A DNA stretch of 44,545 nt from Planctomycetota bacterium (GTDB taxonomy: Bacteria > Planctomycetota > UBA1135 > UBA2386), in the NCBI GenBank assembly GCA_051274975.1, contig JBNMND010000003.1, positions 1 through 44,545 of the forward strand, read 5' to 3'. A program made the translations under genes and the position numbers. How positions within the stretch are numbered: the first letter of the stretch is position 1; each line of letters opens with the position of its first letter. A model generated the notes under the pieces. That model searched no databases. It was given only the letters and a program-made list of their open reading frames with translations, and was not told where the DNA came from. Below, in pieces: positions 37,793 through 44,545 of this stretch.

Positions 37793-38958
37793 GCGGTGCG
37801 CACCGCCCACGCATACACCGTCACGACCGCAAGGAAGTAGAACGGTCCGTACGGGAACGGCTTGCTGAGTGCGATTGCCGTAGCAGCACCGCCCGCCCAA
37901 ACCAGCGATTCGATGCGCTGCCGGCGCGTGCCGTCGATGACGGCGTAGAGGCCGAGCGCCACTGCCGGCAGCATCATGCCGAGATGGTGCTTCTCCGACA
38001 TCGGCGCAATCAGCAGCGCCGCGATCAGCCACAGCGAAAATGCTGCGAGGGTCGCGTGTGGTGCCTTGCGCGCATGCAGGGAGCGATCGAACCACAGAGT
38101 GGTGCCGAGCACTGTTGCGATGCAGCCGTACTTGGCGATCGCGTTCGGCGAAGTCGCTGGCCACAGCGTGGCGAGCATGCCGCGCAATGTGAAGTATTCA
38201 CGGTTGCCTGCGTTGTCGATCGTGAACGCCCCCATGTCGATCGTGTAGGTCTTGAGCTTGTGGTCGATCATCGCGAACCAGTCCTGGTAGATCGCGATGG
38301 TGTCCGTTCCCCAGGCGAGCAGTGGTAGCAGCGTCATTGCGATGCCGAACACTGCGGTCCAGCCGATCGCGCGCCACCGACCACGCACTACGAGCAGGCC
38401 CAGCAATAGGATCGGCACCGTCTTGGTCTGCACAGCGAGTGCCAGCCAGAAACCAGCGGAGCGATCGCGTCCGTTGCGCAAGGCGACCAGGAACGCAGTC
38501 AGCATGCCGACCATGATCAGGTTGACTTGGCCGTTGGCGAAGTTGGCGTGAATGAGTCGGAAGCCGATGGCTGCTACCGCTACCAGCACCACGAGGTCCC
38601 GTGTGTCGAAGGCTCGCTTGCGTCCGTTTGCGACCAGGTTACGCACGGTGCGAAATAGGTAGACGAGCGAGAATGCCGTCAGCAGGCTCCAAATGACCGA
38701 TGCAAGCGCGATCGGTAAGATCGACAGCGGCGTCATCTCGAGCGCGAAGAACGGCGGGTATAAGAACTCGAAGTACGCCTCTGCGTCGTACGGCGTCTCT
38801 CCCGCCAGCGCCAAGTCGCCACCGTCGAGGTAGCAAGTCAGGTCGCATCCCTGCTCACGAAGAGCCTTGCGGCACGACTGGACCGTGAACACGATCAGCG
38901 CGAGCAGCCCAGTAATGGCCGCCGCTCGCTTCGGCCACAGTCGCGTTGCCTGTTGCAC
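37747..38958 (-). CDS. Glycosyltransferase family 87 (DUF2029) membrane protein
   Basis: DLTCYLDGG, FLYPPFFA, NGQVN, KTVP; many TM segments. GTG 38958 lies just after the icd stop. Confidence 0.82.
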   Translation of the reverse strand: MQQATRLWPKRAAAITGLLALIVFTVQSCRKALREQGCDLTCYLDGGDLALAGETPYDAEAYFEFLYPPFFALEMTPLSILPIALASVIWSLLTAFSLVYLFRTVRNLVANGRKRAFDTRDLVVLVAVAAIGFRLIHANFANGQVNLIMVGMLTAFLVALRNGRDRSAGFWLALAVQTKTVPILLLGLLVVRGRWRAIGWTAVFGIAMTLLPLLAWGTDTIAIYQDWFAMIDHKLKTYTIDMGAFTIDNAGNREYFTLRGMLATLWPATSPNAIAKYGCIATVLGTTLWFDRSLHARKAPHATLAAFSLWLIAALLIAPMSEKHHLGMMLPAVALGLYAVIDGTRRQRIESLVWAGGAATAIALSKPFPYGPFYFLAVVTVYAWAVRTAYLPNSSMARRDSSP

Positions 38959-38971
38959 CCTTGTCCGAGGA

Positions 38972-43031
<4,060 letters not shown>

Positions 43032-43033
43032 AG

Positions 43034-43558
43034 GTGGCAAAGGCGCGAAGGTCAGCCCTCGAGATTGCTCTCGGGGATTACGACGGCAAGCACGCCGATG
43101 TGCTCAAAGAGCTGCGCGAGGAGCTTTCGCCGACTGCTGCGGTGCTGCGGCAATGCGTGCGCTTGGCGGCGCATGAAGATGCGGTCATCGCGCAGGGAGC
43201 GACGTGGCTGTTGTGGTCCTGGATGACCAGCGGGTCGCGGCTGACGCCGAGCATCATTGGTGAACTCGCCGGGATGCTGTCGGGCTTCGAAGACAAGTGG
43301 GTGTTGTTGCACCTAGTGCGATGCGTGCCGTTGATGGTCGTGCCAATGAACCACGTCGAGGCTTACGCGGAGTTCTTGCTGCGATGCTGCTACGGTCAAT
43401 TGCCGTTCATGCGGGCGTGGGCGATGGACAGTTTGCACCGTCTGTCCCTGCAGCATGCGCAGCTCGAGGAGCAGGCGCGCGCCGCGATGGAGGCTGCGGC
43501 CGTCGATCCTGCACCGTCGGTGCGCAAGCGCCTGCGGAAGATCCTCGAAGGCAAGTAG
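43034..43558 (+). CDS. HEAT/ARM-like helical hypothetical protein
   Basis: GTG lies 2 nt after the upstream stop. QGATWLL, PFMRAWAMDSL and DPAPSVRKR are HEAT-like. Confidence 0.7.
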   Translation: MAKARRSALEIALGDYDGKHADVLKELREELSPTAAVLRQCVRLAAHEDAVIAQGATWLLWSWMTSGSRLTPSIIGELAGMLSGFEDKWVLLHLVRCVPLMVVPMNHVEAYAEFLLRCCYGQLPFMRAWAMDSLHRLSLQHAQLEEQARAAMEAAAVDPAPSVRKRLRKILEGK

Positions 43559-43573
43559 CGCTACTTCTTGCCG

Positions 43574-44545
43574 CTATTTGTTAGTGGGCGCAGTCAGGTC
43601 GGCGCAGACGAGCTCGTTGTCGTTGCGCGCAAACACGTGCTTGTAGGCGAACGCGGGGTGCGACCAACATACGCCGCCGCGGCGATTGAGTTGCACGCGC
43701 GTTGGTTCGAGCAGCTTGCCGCGGTCGATCTCTTCAAAGCCCTTTGGTGTGAGTTTACTGATCAGTAACTCGCCGCGTTCGTTGAACATCCACACGTTCT
43801 CGCCGTTCTTGACGAAGTGGATCGTTGCCCAGCGGTTGCGCGGCACAGCGGTCTTGTCTTCCCACACGCGGCTGCCGTCGGCTAGCGCAAGGCAGCGGAA
43901 CTCGCCGTAGCTGTCGACGCCGTAGATATGGTCGCCGATAGCGATCGGCGTGGAGATGATGCTGTGGAGCCCTTTGGTGCGCCGTTCGTTTTGGCCGCGG
44001 CGTCGCCAGAGTTCTTTGACGGTGGTCTTGTTCGGATCGAGCTGCAGCAGGGCGCAGCCATCGTAGAAGGCGGTGAAGAACAGTTGGTCGCCATGCAGCA
44101 AGGGCGTCGCGCACGCGAGCGGCATGTTCTTGGCCTTCAGCGGATACTCCCAATACAGAGCGCCAGTTGCGGGGTCGGCACCGACGACGCGATCGCCCGA
44201 CCAACAAACCAAGACGCGCTTGCCGGCTTGGTCGATGACGATTGGAGCAGAGTAGTTGCCGCGGTCAGAGAACGCCTTCCATTGTTCCTTGCCGGTCTTG
44301 CGATCGAACGCGACCAACCAGGCGTCCTTGCCCGATACGGGAACGATTAATCGATCGCCTTCGATCACCGGGCACGCCGAGATCCCCCAGATCGGCATGT
44401 CGATCGCGTAGTCGGCGTTGAGATCCTTCTGCCAAACGATCTCACCGGTTGCCGCCGCAAAGCAAAACAGGTGGCCCATCGTGCCAAGGCTGTAGGCGAG
44501 GTCGTCGACGATGTGAACGGAGCAACGCGGGCCGGCTTGGTAGGA
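43574..44545 (-). CDS. PQQ-binding-like beta-propeller protein (5' end outside window)
   Basis: The frame is open to the window edge (YQAGPRCSV…LGTMGHLFCF). Repeats ATGEIVWQ, KTGKEQWK, ATGALYWE; C-terminal WSHPAFAYKHVFARND. Confidence 0.88.
   Translation of the reverse strand, partial: SYQAGPRCSVHIVDDLAYSLGTMGHLFCFAAATGEIVWQKDLNADYAIDMPIWGISACPVIEGDRLIVPVSGKDAWLVAFDRKTGKEQWKAFSDRGNYSAPIVIDQAGKRVLVCWSGDRVVGADPATGALYWEYPLKAKNMPLACATPLLHGDQLFFTAFYDGCALLQLDPNKTTVKELWRRRGQNERRTKGLHSIISTPIAIGDHIYGVDSYGEFRCLALADGSRVWEDKTAVPRNRWATIHFVKNGENVWMFNERGELLISKLTPKGFEEIDRGKLLEPTRVQLNRRGGVCWSHPAFAYKHVFARNDNELVCADLTAPTNK

Overview
A GC-rich, densely coding bacterial window. It is probably from a Planctomycetota genome, inferred from the double-length UvrA, the PQQ-like beta-propeller, and many secreted hydrolases. 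I find about 25 protein genes and no rRNA, tRNA, CRISPR array or recognisable mobile element. Most genes encode exported or periplasmic enzymes: DPP III, M1 peptidase, BNR/VPS10 propeller, sialidase-esterase fusion, PhoD, LamG-metallophosphoesterase and di-heme peroxidase. An ABC exporter, monomeric icd and a GT87 are also present. The main hidden signal is that two pairs of ORFs in the track are each one frame interrupted by a single in-frame TGA, with a SECIS-like hairpin just after it. (1) 10735-11925 is a secreted EF-hand/deiodinase-like protein with FGSCT-U-QPF. (2) 41403-43031 is a secreted protein with a DsbD-N-like domain and a U-x-C motif in a domain I cannot assign, so it is a candidate new selenoprotein family. 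TGA is used as a normal stop elsewhere in the window, so these look like site-specific selenocysteine recoding. A TANNNT hexamer 6-9 nt before several start codons suggests leaderless mRNAs. All family calls come from motif recognition only; no searches were run.
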